A DNA stretch of 64,000 nt from positions 390,649 to 454,648 of the forward strand of contig CALSNL010000003.1 in the NCBI GenBank assembly GCA_943787705.1. The letters are read 5' to 3'. Under the pieces are notes generated by a model. The model was not told the DNA's origin. It did not search any database and saw only the letters and a list, made by a program, of their open reading frames with translations. This stretch comes from an uncultured Pseudomonadales bacterium (GTDB taxonomy: Bacteria; Pseudomonadota; Gammaproteobacteria; Pseudomonadales; UBA7434). This document shows, piece after piece, positions 38,917 through 48,719 of this stretch. How positions within the stretch are numbered: the stretch's first letter is position 1; each line of letters begins with the position of its first letter. The translations under genes were made by a program, and so were the position numbers.

Positions 38917-40500
38917 ACGATCTAAAAGATGACTGATTTCAATAAATTTTTGCTGCTTTAATAATTCACGTACCTGCTCTATAAATATTGGTGAAGCCAG
39001 TGTTAATTCTTCTAATCGATCTAACCTGTCGGCCAAGCCTTTTTCATACCTCACCTCGGCCATACTTTTTAGCGTTAGCCTGTCGGACAAAGGAGGAAAA
39101 TCACTCTCAACAAGGCCACTACAGGCCGATGATATGGATGCTGTCGAAACTATTGGCGCTCGCACATAACGCCAGTTAAGGTCCAATATGGCGCCTATTT
39201 TTTCAAACAAATAATCGATGTTGATAGGCTTAGGCAGATAGTCATCTTGGCCATAATCTTCATGTTGCACGGCATCACCTTCACGCACATTCGCCGAAAT
39301 AAAAATAATGGGCTTGCGAATATTTTTATCACGTAATGCTCGCGCTAACTGCAAACCATTCATACCTGGCATGGAAACATCTAACATAAATAAATCAGGT
39401 AAGTACTGCTCAGTCTTCGCTAAGCAATCCATTGCATTACTCGCCTCAGTAACGGTAAAACCTAGGGGTTCCAAGATATTCATCATCATCTCTCGATGAA
39501 CAGGATCATCATCCACCACCATCAGCAGCTTACGGTCACCGCTATAGCCTTCAATATCTTTTTGTGACACAGGAATGAGCGTTGGCTCTCTCACACTGCC
39601 CATTAATAATTGCACTTTAAAAACGCTGCCTTTATTTAATTCACTGGTCAGGGAAATATCACCACCCATAATTTCTGTTAGAAGGCGCGTAATGGTTAAA
39701 CCAAGGCCAGTACCAGGTACAGCAGTAAAGTCAGGGTTATGTACCTGCTCAAAAGGGTTAAATATTCTCTCCTGATCCTGTAAATCAATACCTCTGCCGG
39801 TATCCTCCACCGTAAAAATCGCTGTTTCGCTGCGATAATCCACAGTAAATCGAACAGAACCCTGTGTCGTAAATTTAATGGCATTAGATAATAAGTTAAT
39901 GAGAATTTGACGAAGATGCTTTTCATCAACCCTTACATACTCAGGTAAATTACTGCCAAACTCATAAGAAAAATCGATATGCTTTTTATCGGCCTGTAAT
40001 TGAAACATCGAAACAATTTGCTCAAGTAAGGCTGGAAACTGCACCTCGCTAGGTAAAATTTCTAGTCTACCCGCCTCAATCTTGGAAATATCCAGTAGGC
40101 CCTCAATTAAATCAGCAAGATATTCACCGCTTCGACGAATAATCAGCACAGACTCACGATGCTTATCACTTAAGTGATTATCCTTCTCTAACAGTTGGGC
40201 ATAGCCGAGTAATGAATTGAGTGGGGAGCGTAATTCATGACTTATCCCAGACAAATAACGACTTTTCGCTTGATTAGCTGCTTCAGCAACCGCTTTTGCT
40301 TCTTGTAAAGCCCTATCAGTTTCCGAGTATTCAGCGATTTTAGCTTTAAGTCGCTGTGTTTTAAGCCTGGCCTTCACTTGCGACAAACGAAATCGATCAT
40401 AGTAAAGAGCAAAAAACCAAGCACCTATAAGGCCAATGACCCACAAAACAAAAGCGGACTTCAGCAAAGCCACTTGTAATAGCGAGGCATCAATCGCCAT
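38914..40500 (-). CDS. Hybrid sensor histidine kinase (1 TM, coiled coil, HisKA, HATPase, REC, C-terminal ~110-aa tail)
   Basis: 528-aa ORF. H-box SHELRSPLN. N/G boxes LINLLSNAIKFT, DTGRGI and GTGLGLTI. Receiver LLMVVDDDPVH...DVSMPGMNG. No periplasmic or PAS-type input domain is visible. Confidence 0.9.
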   Translation of the reverse strand: MAIDASLLQVALLKSAFVLWVIGLIGAWFFALYYDRFRLSQVKARLKTQRLKAKIAEYSETDRALQEAKAVAEAANQAKSRYLSGISHELRSPLNSLLGYAQLLEKDNHLSDKHRESVLIIRRSGEYLADLIEGLLDISKIEAGRLEILPSEVQFPALLEQIVSMFQLQADKKHIDFSYEFGSNLPEYVRVDEKHLRQILINLLSNAIKFTTQGSVRFTVDYRSETAIFTVEDTGRGIDLQDQERIFNPFEQVHNPDFTAVPGTGLGLTITRLLTEIMGGDISLTSELNKGSVFKVQLLMGSVREPTLIPVSQKDIEGYSGDRKLLMVVDDDPVHREMMMNILEPLGFTVTEASNAMDCLAKTEQYLPDLFMLDVSMPGMNGLQLARALRDKNIRKPIIFISANVREGDAVQHEDYGQDDYLPKPINIDYLFEKIGAILDLNWRYVRAPIVSTASISSACSGLVESDFPPLSDRLTLKSMAEVRYEKGLADRLDRLEELTLASPIFIEQVRELLKQQKFIEISHLLDR

Positions 40501-40642
40501 TTGTGCTTTTACCTGAAAATAAATCAGTGACTAACAAGCTGGCCATAATAAAAGAGAAGTAAAAAAGCATGCCAAAAAACACCGCTCGCTTACTACTAAA
40601 TCGAGCATTCCAACTTTTATCTGTTTTATTGACTGAATTCAT
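40490..40642 (-). CDS. Candidate 50-aa single-TM micro-protein overlapping the kinase start codon
   Basis: My translation is MNSVNKTDKSWNARFSSKRAVFFGMLFYFSFIMASLLVTDLFSGKSTNGD. The stop TGA overlaps the kinase ATG region (ATGGCGATTGA). It is below the ORF-track cut-off. It could instead be a frameshifted N-terminal TM of the kinase. Confidence 0.3.
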   Translation of the reverse strand: MNSVNKTDKSWNARFSSKRAVFFGMLFYFSFIMASLLVTDLFSGKSTNGD

Positions 40643-40710
40643 AATATCGCTTGCATAATCCACAACGGGCTAGAGGGCAACATGCCACTATCAAAGAGCT
40701 TTTTCTCATT

Positions 40711-40750
40711 GCTCTTTATTACTCTTCATTTCTCTTCATTACTCTTCTTT
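40711..40750. repeat. 10-bp tandem repeat x4 (ACTCTTCATT-like) upstream of urtA
   Basis: GCTCTTTATT ACTCTTCATT TCTCTTCATT ACTCTTCTTT, read directly. Confidence 0.7.
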
Positions 40751-41056
40751 CGTATTGCATGTTCCATGCCAAGCATTTGCTATCAGCCACTACAGGCGTT
40801 TAATCGCTTCCCTCTCCAACACTCTGCTTACGTCAAATCACTTAAACCACTGCGCTTATTCGCCCACAGTCAACTGACGTAGCGCACTGGTGCAATCAGC
40901 GAATTGCTGATGATCACTGTATTTAAGGATAATTTGCCCCATGAGACGGCAATCTATTGTTGCTTGCTGATGCATGGCAGTAGTTCTTTTTATAGCGCTA
41001 ATGAGTCATGTCGTTACGTCTTTATACCGATCAAATTAACCGGCACAGAGGATCAA

Positions 41057-42307
41057 ATGATGTTTAAGAAAAGCCCATTTCGGTGCACTCGCACCAAGTT
41101 GAAGACGTTAATTGCGTCAACATCCGTAAGCCTCATGCTTACGGCCAATGCATTAGCCCTACCAACAGATGAAATCAATAAAACTGGACTCGCCATTACT
41201 GACGACACAGTAACTGTTGGTATTCTTCACTCACTAACCGGCACCATGGCAATTAGTGAAACAGGCGCGCAAGAAGCTGAAAAGCTTGCCATAAAACAGA
41301 TCAACGATATGGGCGGTATTCTTGGCCGTAAGATCGAGATCATTCAGGAAGATGGCGCCAGTGATTGGCCAACCTTTGCTGAAAAAAGTCGTAAATTGTT
41401 AGTAAAAGATAAAGTAGCTGCTGTATTCGGTTGCTGGACGTCTGCATCAAGAAAAGCGGCATTACCCGTTTTTGAAAAAGAAAATGGTTTGCTTTACTAC
41501 CCAACTTTTTATGAAGGACTTGAGCAATCTAAAAACGTTATCTACACAGGCCAGGAAGCCACACAGCAGATCATTGATGGTCTTAACTGGGTAGCGAAAG
41601 AGAAAGGCGCAAAAACGTTTTACTTAATTGGTTCTGATTACATCTGGCCACGTACATCGATGAAGATTGCACGTAAGCACATTGAAAATGTGTTAGGTGG
41701 AAAAGTTGTTGGTGAGCAGTACAAGCCTTTAGGTGACACTCAGTTCGGTTCGGTTATCAACAAAATCCGTCTTAAAAAGCCTGATGTTATCTATGCCGCA
41801 GTTGTTGGCGGAAGTAACGTTGCATGGTTTAAGCAGTTAAAAGCCGCAGGTATTACTTCTAAGAAACAAACTTTGTTAACTATCTCGGTTACTGAAGATG
41901 AAGTGTTAGGCATTGGCGGTGAAAACCTTGAAGGTTTCTACTCAATCATGAAATATTTCCAAAGCCAGGACAACCCAAACAACAAAGCATTTGTTGCCGC
42001 GTTTAAAGAGATGTGGGGCGAAGACAGTGTTATTGGTGACGTAACTCAAGCTGCTTACTTAGGACCTTGGTTATGGAAAGCAGCTGTCGAAAAAGCAGGA
42101 TCTTTCGATATCGATAAAGTGGTTGCTGCTTCTGAAGAAGGCGACATTGAGTTAACAACTGCACCAGAAGGCTACGTTAAGTTACACCCTAATCATCACC
42201 TTTGGAGTGTTGCACGTGTAGGTAAATGGAACAAAGACGGTCAAGCTGAAGTAGTTTATGAATCAGCATTAATTGAGCCAGATCCATTCCCAGCGGGTTA
42301 CCAGTAA
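41057..42307 (+). CDS. urtA: Urea ABC transporter substrate-binding protein
   Basis: The ORF track starts at 40904 (TTG). I prefer the ATG at 41057 (MMFKKSPF..., signal peptide ending ANALA, RBS GAGGA). UrtA-type sequence VTVGILHSLTGTMAISE...FGCWTSASRKA. Confidence 0.88.
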   Translation: MMFKKSPFRCTRTKLKTLIASTSVSLMLTANALALPTDEINKTGLAITDDTVTVGILHSLTGTMAISETGAQEAEKLAIKQINDMGGILGRKIEIIQEDGASDWPTFAEKSRKLLVKDKVAAVFGCWTSASRKAALPVFEKENGLLYYPTFYEGLEQSKNVIYTGQEATQQIIDGLNWVAKEKGAKTFYLIGSDYIWPRTSMKIARKHIENVLGGKVVGEQYKPLGDTQFGSVINKIRLKKPDVIYAAVVGGSNVAWFKQLKAAGITSKKQTLLTISVTEDEVLGIGGENLEGFYSIMKYFQSQDNPNNKAFVAAFKEMWGEDSVIGDVTQAAYLGPWLWKAAVEKAGSFDIDKVVAASEEGDIELTTAPEGYVKLHPNHHLWSVARVGKWNKDGQAEVVYESALIEPDPFPAGYQ

Positions 42308-42320
42308 GCTATTAGTTCGC

Positions 42321-42355
42321 GATCACTTAATACTGTCCATCGTTATTAAGTGATC
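42321..42355 (+). terminator. 12-bp perfect stem-loop after urtA (intra-operon attenuator or mRNA-stabilising hairpin)
   Basis: GATCACTTAATA (42321-42332) pairs with TATTAAGTGATC (42344-42355). There is no clean T-run, so this is probably a partial terminator or stabiliser. Confidence 0.45.
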
Positions 42356-42467
42356 CGATTTAATCGCTAATACTTTAGTAACAAGAGTATCAAGTTATAA
42401 AAACTCATGGCTAGCCGATAGAGGATTCGCGCAATCTTTTGTCAGCTAGCCTTGATTATTGCTTCAA

Positions 42468-42545
42468 ATTTAAGAGCGCTTTTATTAAAGGGCAATTTTA
42501 TTTAAGAGCACTTTTTTTTGAGCACGTTTAAGAGCACTTTCATTT
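42468..42545. repeat. Degenerate ~13-16-bp direct repeats (TTTAAGAGCRCTTT x3 plus variants) between urtA and urtB
   Basis: The motif TAAGAGC occurs at 42471, 42503 and 42529, with degenerate copies between them. Confidence 0.65.
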
Positions 42546-42619
42546 AGTCCATTTGTATTTTTTTAGACAATCTTTATTTCTATTTTGAGCCTTGAGCTTA
42601 AAAAGACGGAGACATCATC

Positions 42620-43546
42620 ATGCTAGGCGGTTACACATACGGCGAACTAGGTTCGATTTTAGCCATGCAAGGCTTTGCAGGATTCAGTCTTTTTAGCGTA
42701 CTCCTTTTAATGGCATTAGGACTGGCTATTATTTTTGGCCAAATGGGCGTTATCAATATGGCCCACGGTGAGTTTATGGCAGCAGGTGCGTACACAACGT
42801 ATCTTATTTCCACCATAACCGAACAGTACTTTCCGGCCTTTATGCCCTACTACTTTATTTTCGCTATTGTTATCGCATTTTTTGTTGCGGGCGCCCTAGG
42901 GTATCTCGCCGAATACGCGTTAATACGGCATCTTTATAAAAGACCACTCGACACCTTATTAGCGACCTGGGGTTTAAGCCTCATTATGCAACAAAGCTAT
43001 CGCTCTATTTTTGGTGCACGAGAAGTTAGCCCAACATTACCCGATTGGTTAATGGGCTCATACCAACCCACCGAATCGATTCATATACCCATTAACGGCA
43101 TGTTTGTTTTAGCACTCACCGCGTTCGTTACTTTTGCTGTGTTTTACCTGATGTATAAATCTCGCTGGGGTTTACGCGTTAGAGCAACTACGCAAAATCG
43201 TATTATGAGTGGCGCTGTAGGTATTAACACGAAAAAAGTTGACCGTTATACCTTTGCATTAGGTTGTGGTATCGCCGGCATTGCAGGCGCAGCATTTACC
43301 ACTATCGCATCCACGGGTCCAACAACAGGAACACTTTATATTGTTGATACCTTTATGGTTGTTGTTTTTGGTGGCGCAGCTAGCTTACTCGGCACCATTG
43401 CATCAGCGTTCTCTATCGCTCAAGCGCAATCCATTTTAGAGTTCTTTATTAGCGGATCAATGGCAAAAGTTTATACCTTGTTTGCACTTGTACTAATACT
43501 GATGTTTAAACCTGAAGGATTATTTGCCAGCAAGGTGCGTCGTTAG
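42620..43546 (+). CDS. urtB: Urea ABC transporter permease
   Basis: 308-aa polytopic ORF of LivH-type permease, in urtABCDE order. Confidence 0.85.
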   Translation: MLGGYTYGELGSILAMQGFAGFSLFSVLLLMALGLAIIFGQMGVINMAHGEFMAAGAYTTYLISTITEQYFPAFMPYYFIFAIVIAFFVAGALGYLAEYALIRHLYKRPLDTLLATWGLSLIMQQSYRSIFGAREVSPTLPDWLMGSYQPTESIHIPINGMFVLALTAFVTFAVFYLMYKSRWGLRVRATTQNRIMSGAVGINTKKVDRYTFALGCGIAGIAGAAFTTIASTGPTTGTLYIVDTFMVVVFGGAASLLGTIASAFSIAQAQSILEFFISGSMAKVYTLFALVLILMFKPEGLFASKVRR

Positions 43547-43636
43547 TATTAACCGACGCATCTCATGCAGCAACCGAACACATGCAATTAACTAATATTG
43601 TGTAAATATCTTAAATAAAAGATTTGGAGAATATCT

Positions 43637-44794
43637 ATGAGCTTTATCTACAATAAACTAATGGGCGGAAAACAAGGCTTTGTCGGCTTTATTCTTCTCG
43701 CGCTATTAGTATTAGTGATATTCCCTCTATGCCTTGATCTATTCCGACTCAACTTAGTCGGCAAATACTTAACCTATGCCTTTCCGGCCGTTAGCTTAGT
43801 ATTGTTATGGGGTTATGGCGGCATCCTAAGCCTAGGACAAGGTATCTTCTTTGGCCTGGGCGGTTACGGCATGGCTATGTTTTTAAAACTCGAAGCTTCG
43901 TCAGCTGCTAATACTGCTATTCAATCAACACCTGGTATTCCTGACTTTATGGATTGGAACCAAATCACTCAGTTGCCATGGTTTTGGGAACCCTTCAACA
44001 GCTTCGCATTTACCATTGTCGCTATTCTTGTTTTACCTGCAGCGTTTGCCTACGTTATTGGCGCCGCCATGTTTAAGCGCCGCGTAGGTGGTGTTTACTT
44101 TGCCATTATCACCCAGGTTATTGCCGTTATTCTAACGGTCTTAATTGTTGGCCAGCAGGGCTTTACCGGTGGTATTAATGGTATTACCGATTTACGCACA
44201 CTGAACGGTTGGGACATGACCAGTGATAGCGCTAAGTATTTATTCTACTTTATTAACTGCGCCCTATTACTTACGGTTATTGTTATTTCACGATTTATTC
44301 TAACCAGTAAATTCGGTAGCTTACTACTTGCCATTAGAGATAAAGAAGATCGTGTACGCTTCTCTGGCTATGACGTTTCTAACTTTAAAATATTCATATT
44401 CTGCTTTGCAGCATTAATATCTGCTATTGGTGGCGCGATGTTTACGCTGCAAGTGGGCTTTATGTCACCGTCGTTTGTTGGCATCGTGCCTTCTATCGAA
44501 ATGGTTATATTTGCCGCTGTCGGCGGACGTATGTCTCTTATTGGCGCAGTGTATGGCACCTTATTAATTAACTTTGGTAAAACCGCGTTTTCTGAATCAT
44601 TCCCTGAATTATGGTTATTCTTAATGGGTGGCTTATTTATCTCGGTTGTTATGTTCTTCCCTAACGGTTTAGCCGGTTTGTGGCAAGACTACGGCCATCA
44701 CATTACCGATCGCTTTAAATTTATTACTCGATTATTCAAACGTAAAGAATCACTACCTTTAGACGACAGCACTAAATCTGAAACAGCTAGCTAA
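43637..44794 (+). CDS. urtC: Urea ABC transporter permease
   Basis: 385-aa polytopic ORF of LivM-type permease. Confidence 0.85.
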   Translation: MSFIYNKLMGGKQGFVGFILLALLVLVIFPLCLDLFRLNLVGKYLTYAFPAVSLVLLWGYGGILSLGQGIFFGLGGYGMAMFLKLEASSAANTAIQSTPGIPDFMDWNQITQLPWFWEPFNSFAFTIVAILVLPAAFAYVIGAAMFKRRVGGVYFAIITQVIAVILTVLIVGQQGFTGGINGITDLRTLNGWDMTSDSAKYLFYFINCALLLTVIVISRFILTSKFGSLLLAIRDKEDRVRFSGYDVSNFKIFIFCFAALISAIGGAMFTLQVGFMSPSFVGIVPSIEMVIFAAVGGRMSLIGAVYGTLLINFGKTAFSESFPELWLFLMGGLFISVVMFFPNGLAGLWQDYGHHITDRFKFITRLFKRKESLPLDDSTKSETAS

Positions 44795-44840
44795 ATCGTC
44801 TTACTAAAATACGGTAGCGTATTACCTTACTGGAGCAAAT

Positions 44841-45587
44841 ATGAGCACATCAACTGATTTAACATTAGCAATAGAAGATCTAACGGTTTCCTTTGATGGA
44901 TTTAAAGCGGTAGACAGCTTAAACCTTTATATCGACAAGAATGAACTGCATGTGGTTATTGGCCCAAATGGCGCCGGTAAAACAACCGTGCTGGATTTAA
45001 TTTGCGGTAAAACCAAAGCCAGCTCTGGCAGCATTAAGTTTTTAAATAAAGAACTGACTAAGCTCGCTGAGCATGAAATTGTAAGAGCAGGTGTTGGCCG
45101 CAAATTTCAAACACCGTCTATTTATGAAAACTTAACGGTATTTGAAAACCTTGAGGTCTCCTACCCTTATGGTCGCACCGTTCTTGGCTCTTTATTGTTT
45201 AAGCGCAATGAAAAAGTGATTCAGAAAATACATGAAATTGCCAAAGAAATTATGCTCGAAGATGCGCTTGATACTGAGTCGGCATTACTAAGCCATGGAC
45301 AAAAACAGTGGCTAGAAATTGGCATGTTACTGATTCAAGACCCGCAACTGCTAATGTTAGATGAGCCCGTTGCTGGCATGTCGGTTAAAGAGCGCGAACA
45401 GACTGGAGACTTGTTAAAAAGAATCTCTAAAGGCCGATCGGTACTTGTAATAGAGCATGATATGGATTTCGTCGCACAAATAGCGCAAAAAGTAACTGTA
45501 TTGCACCAGGGCAAAATACTCGCTGCTGGTCATATGGAAAAAGTCCAGAATGATCCCAAAGTTATTGAAGTTTACTTAGGTCATTAA
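44841..45587 (+). CDS. urtD: Urea ABC transporter ATP-binding protein
   Basis: 248-aa ORF. Walker A GPNGAGKTT, signature LSHGQKQ, Walker B LLMLDEP. Confidence 0.88.
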   Translation: MSTSTDLTLAIEDLTVSFDGFKAVDSLNLYIDKNELHVVIGPNGAGKTTVLDLICGKTKASSGSIKFLNKELTKLAEHEIVRAGVGRKFQTPSIYENLTVFENLEVSYPYGRTVLGSLLFKRNEKVIQKIHEIAKEIMLEDALDTESALLSHGQKQWLEIGMLLIQDPQLLMLDEPVAGMSVKEREQTGDLLKRISKGRSVLVIEHDMDFVAQIAQKVTVLHQGKILAAGHMEKVQNDPKVIEVYLGH

Positions 45588-45687
45588 GTTTTAATTCGGC
45601 ATGGTGAACAAAACAATTAAGCAGCTATGTTACTAAGCAGCTAAGAAAAAACTACATCCCATTGCAAGCGATACCAAAGAGGTTAGT

Positions 45688-46377
45688 ATGTTAGACGTTT
45701 CAAATTTAAAAGTATCTTACGGCCAAAGTGAAGTTATTCATGGCTTAGACTTTTCAGTTAAGAAAAATGAAACCTTAGCTATTATGGGCCGTAATGGCAT
45801 GGGTAAAACGACGTTATTTAAATCGTTAATTGGTATCTTACCTGCCTCTGACGGCAAAATTGTGGTTGATGGTGTTGATGTCACTCACAATGAAAGCTTT
45901 CAGCGTGTTGAAAACGGCATAGCCTATGTACCACAAGGTCGTATGATATTTCCATCGCTCACGGTTCAAGAAAATATTGAAACCGGCATGGAAGTATCGA
46001 AAATGAAGCAAATACCCGATGATATCTACGCGCTATTCCCGGTACTACGCGACATGCGCCATCGTAAAGGCGGTAACTTATCGGGTGGTCAGCAACAACA
46101 GCTAGCCATTGCACGCGCACTGGTCACCAATCCTAAAGTGCTTTTACTGGACGAGCCTACTGAGGGCATTCAACCCTCAATCATTAAAGATATTGCCAAT
46201 GTGCTGAATGAAATTAAGAAAATGCGTGAAATTACTATTATTGTTTCTGAGCAAGTATTGAGTTTCACCATGGCAGTGGCTGATCGCATTATTGTGATTG
46301 ATAAAGGCAACTTTATTCATGAAGATTTACGCGATAATGTGGATACCGATAAAATCAAAGGTTACTTATCGGTATAA
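45688..46377 (+). CDS. urtE: Urea ABC transporter ATP-binding protein
   Basis: 229-aa ORF. Walker A GRNGMGKTT, signature LSGGQQQ, Walker B LLLLDEP. Confidence 0.88.
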   Translation: MLDVSNLKVSYGQSEVIHGLDFSVKKNETLAIMGRNGMGKTTLFKSLIGILPASDGKIVVDGVDVTHNESFQRVENGIAYVPQGRMIFPSLTVQENIETGMEVSKMKQIPDDIYALFPVLRDMRHRKGGNLSGGQQQQLAIARALVTNPKVLLLDEPTEGIQPSIIKDIANVLNEIKKMREITIIVSEQVLSFTMAVADRIIVIDKGNFIHEDLRDNVDTDKIKGYLSV

Positions 46378-46432
46378 GTCGTTTAATTCATATTGTCAGC
46401 TTAAACGAGGCAGTTCAAACGATGCAAATCAA

Positions 46433-46465
46433 ACAAGGGTGGCTTTTAGTCACCCTTGTTTTTTT
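46433..46465 (+). terminator. Rho-independent terminator of the urt operon
   Basis: 9-bp stem ACAAGGGTG/CACCCTTGT, 9-nt loop, then TTTTTT. Confidence 0.8.
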
Positions 46466-46480
46466 ATTTAACATTTGACG

Positions 46481-46528
46481 CTTCTCTCTAATCTTCTCTC
46501 TAATCTTCTCTCTAACTTTTCCTCTAAC
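46481..46528. repeat. 12-bp tandem repeat x4 (CTTCTCTCTAAT) upstream of fmdA
   Basis: Units at 46481, 46493, 46505 and 46517. The first two are identical. Confidence 0.8.
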
Positions 46529-46820
46529 TTTTTTATCTGGCGACATTCTATTTACATCATAAATAGATCGCTACCCTACTCTAGCATCTCCTTCGAACAC
46601 CCCATAAACACTGGGTGTTCAGACCGCCTACGTCAAATAACGTAATAGCTTAGGCTTGATTACGAATGGTTGTTTAACGCATAAATCGCGATAGTGAACA
46701 TCTAGGGCAATATCATCGCAGTCGCGTTAAAGCTTATTAATGATGACGTTTAAAAGCCATTGCTATCACATGACCCTACTCAACTGTTAAATCAACCGAT
46801 ACATTTTTAGGAGAACACCC

Positions 46821-48050
46821 ATGGCCGAGACGATTATTAAGGTTGACCTTAAGCAATCTGCTTATGAAAACGATAAAATCCATAACCGCTGGCATCCAGA
46901 TATCCCCATGGCTGCAACTGTTAAGCCTGGCGATGACTTTATTATTGAATGTATCGATTGGACTGGCGGTCAAATCGCCAACAATGATGACGCCTCCGAT
47001 GTACGTGATGTTGATTTAACTCAAGTGCATTTCCTTTCGGGTCCAGTCGGTGTTGAAGGCGCAGAGCCTGGCGATTTACTCGTTGTCGATATTCTTGATA
47101 TAGGTACTTTCGAAGATAGCCAATGGGGTTTTAATGGCTTTTTCTCAAAGCAAAATGGCGGTGGCTTTTTAACTGAACATTTTCCAGAAGCACAAAAATC
47201 CATTTGGGATTTCAACGGCATGTTTACTAAATCGCGCCATATACCGCGCGTAGAATTTGCCGGCTTAATTCATCCAGGATTAATTGGCTGTTTACCCTCA
47301 GCAGAAATGTTAGCCGAGTGGAACAAGCGTGAGCAAGAGTTAGTGGATACTGATCCTGACCGCGTACCACCGTTAGCGGCAATGCCCTATGAAGATACTG
47401 CACATATGGGACGCATGAACGCTGATGAAGCGAAAGTAGCAGCTGCAGAAGCGGCACGTACTGTTCCTCCTCGTGAGCATGGCGGTAACTGTGATATTAA
47501 AGATTTATCACGCGGCTCTAAAGTATATTTTCCTGTCTATGTTGATGGCGGCGGTTTAAGTGTCGGTGATTTACACTTTAGCCAAGGTGATGGCGAAATT
47601 ACTTTCTGTGGTGCTATCGAAATGGCCGGTTGGATTCACTTACGCGTGAACCTTGTTAAAGACGGCATGAAAAAATACGGCGTTAAAAACCCTATCTTTA
47701 AGCCAAGCCCAATTACACCTAAATACGATGACTACCTTATCTTTGAAGGTATTTCAGTTGATGAAGAAGGCAAGCAGCACTATCTCGATGTCAATGTCGC
47801 TTACCGTCAAGCCTGTCTAAATGCTATTGAATATATGACTAAGTTTGGTTACTCCAAGGCTCAAGCCTATGCCCTCTTGGGTTGTGCGCCGGTGCAAGGT
47901 CATATCAGTGGTGTGGTCGATATACCGAATGCCTGTGCAACATTATGGTTGCCTACCGATATCTTTGATTTCGATATTCAACCGAATGCTGAAGGACCAA
48001 AAATAGAAGTCGATGGTAGTGTTGATGTGCCATTAGCGCCTGATTTATAA
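46821..48050 (+). CDS. fmdA: Formamidase (acetamidase/formamidase family)
   Basis: 409-aa ORF with the FmdA-type N-terminus ...DKIHNRWHPDIP. Family-typical length and following fmdB. Confidence 0.88.
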   Translation: MAETIIKVDLKQSAYENDKIHNRWHPDIPMAATVKPGDDFIIECIDWTGGQIANNDDASDVRDVDLTQVHFLSGPVGVEGAEPGDLLVVDILDIGTFEDSQWGFNGFFSKQNGGGFLTEHFPEAQKSIWDFNGMFTKSRHIPRVEFAGLIHPGLIGCLPSAEMLAEWNKREQELVDTDPDRVPPLAAMPYEDTAHMGRMNADEAKVAAAEAARTVPPREHGGNCDIKDLSRGSKVYFPVYVDGGGLSVGDLHFSQGDGEITFCGAIEMAGWIHLRVNLVKDGMKKYGVKNPIFKPSPITPKYDDYLIFEGISVDEEGKQHYLDVNVAYRQACLNAIEYMTKFGYSKAQAYALLGCAPVQGHISGVVDIPNACATLWLPTDIFDFDIQPNAEGPKIEVDGSVDVPLAPDL

Positions 48051-48064
48051 GCGCGCTTAACCCG

Positions 48065-48100
48065 AATAAACGGGTAAGGTATTTTCTTACCCGTTTATTT
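48065..48100 (+). terminator. Stem-loop terminator after fmdA
   Basis: 14-bp perfect stem AATAAACGGGTAAG/CTTACCCGTTTATT with a 7-nt loop. The trailing T-tract is interrupted. Confidence 0.6.
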
Positions 48101-48190
48101 CATAGATTCAGTCATAAGACAGCCAATAGTATTTCAACCTTACTAAAAAAATAATCTGTATAAACAGAACCTGAAAACCGGAGCCTCCCA

Positions 48191-48538
48191 ATGCCACTAT
48201 ATGATTACAAATGTTCAGAGCATGGTTTATTTCACGAATTAGTTTCAATGGATAATCACCAAGCACCACAGCCTTGCCCAACCTGTAAAACGGCCTGTGG
48301 CAGAGTTATTCTAATGGCACCTGAATTTCTTTCAATGTCAGACGAACGCCGCAAAGCCCACAGCACCAATGAAAAAAGTAAGCACGAACCGATTATATCT
48401 ACCACCGATAGCCGCGATAAAAAACACGGTAGTGGTTGCGGCTGTGAACAGCCTAACGCCAAAAAAAGCCAAGTTATGTACTTAGCGGATGGCAGCAAAA
48501 TATTCCCCTCACAACGGCCTTGGATGATAAGTCATTAA
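48191..48538 (+). CDS. fmdB: FmdB-family zinc-ribbon putative regulatory protein
   Basis: 115-aa ORF starting MPLYDYKCSEHGLFHE...CPTC, the FmdB/CxxC_CxxC_SSSS signature. Located after fmdA. Confidence 0.8.
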   Translation: MPLYDYKCSEHGLFHELVSMDNHQAPQPCPTCKTACGRVILMAPEFLSMSDERRKAHSTNEKSKHEPIISTTDSRDKKHGSGCGCEQPNAKKSQVMYLADGSKIFPSQRPWMISH

Positions 48539-48630
48539 TCTGACCAATACTCCAAGCGTTTTATAGGTTGATTTATCCATACCCTTTAGGCTTTTGAAAA
48601 GCCCTAAATCAATCAGGTAAACGCCTAATT

Positions 48631-48686
48631 CTTTTAAATAAGTACTTTTAAATAAGTACTTTTAATTAAGCACGTTTAATTAAGTA
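48631..48686. repeat. 14-bp tandem repeat x4 (CTTTTAAATAAGTA) between fmdB and the next ORF
   Basis: Units at 48631, 48645, 48659 and 48673. The first two are identical. Confidence 0.8.
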
Positions 48687-48719
48687 CTCTTTATCGTCAT
48701 ATTTTTATTGAGGTGTCGC

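Noticed and set aside
40888-40912. Sigma-54 (-24/-12) promoter upstream of urtA (TGGTGC...TTGC)
   Set aside because: The GG and GC elements are about 15 nt apart instead of the required 10. A second TGGCAG at about 40972 lacks a TTGC partner. This does not support an RpoN promoter.
40904-41056. N-terminal 51-aa extension of UrtA suggested by the ORF track (TTG start at 40904)
   Set aside because: The extension (MLMITVFKDNLPHETAIYCC...) precedes a perfectly good ATG with an RBS and a canonical signal peptide at 41057. The extension would bury the signal peptide.
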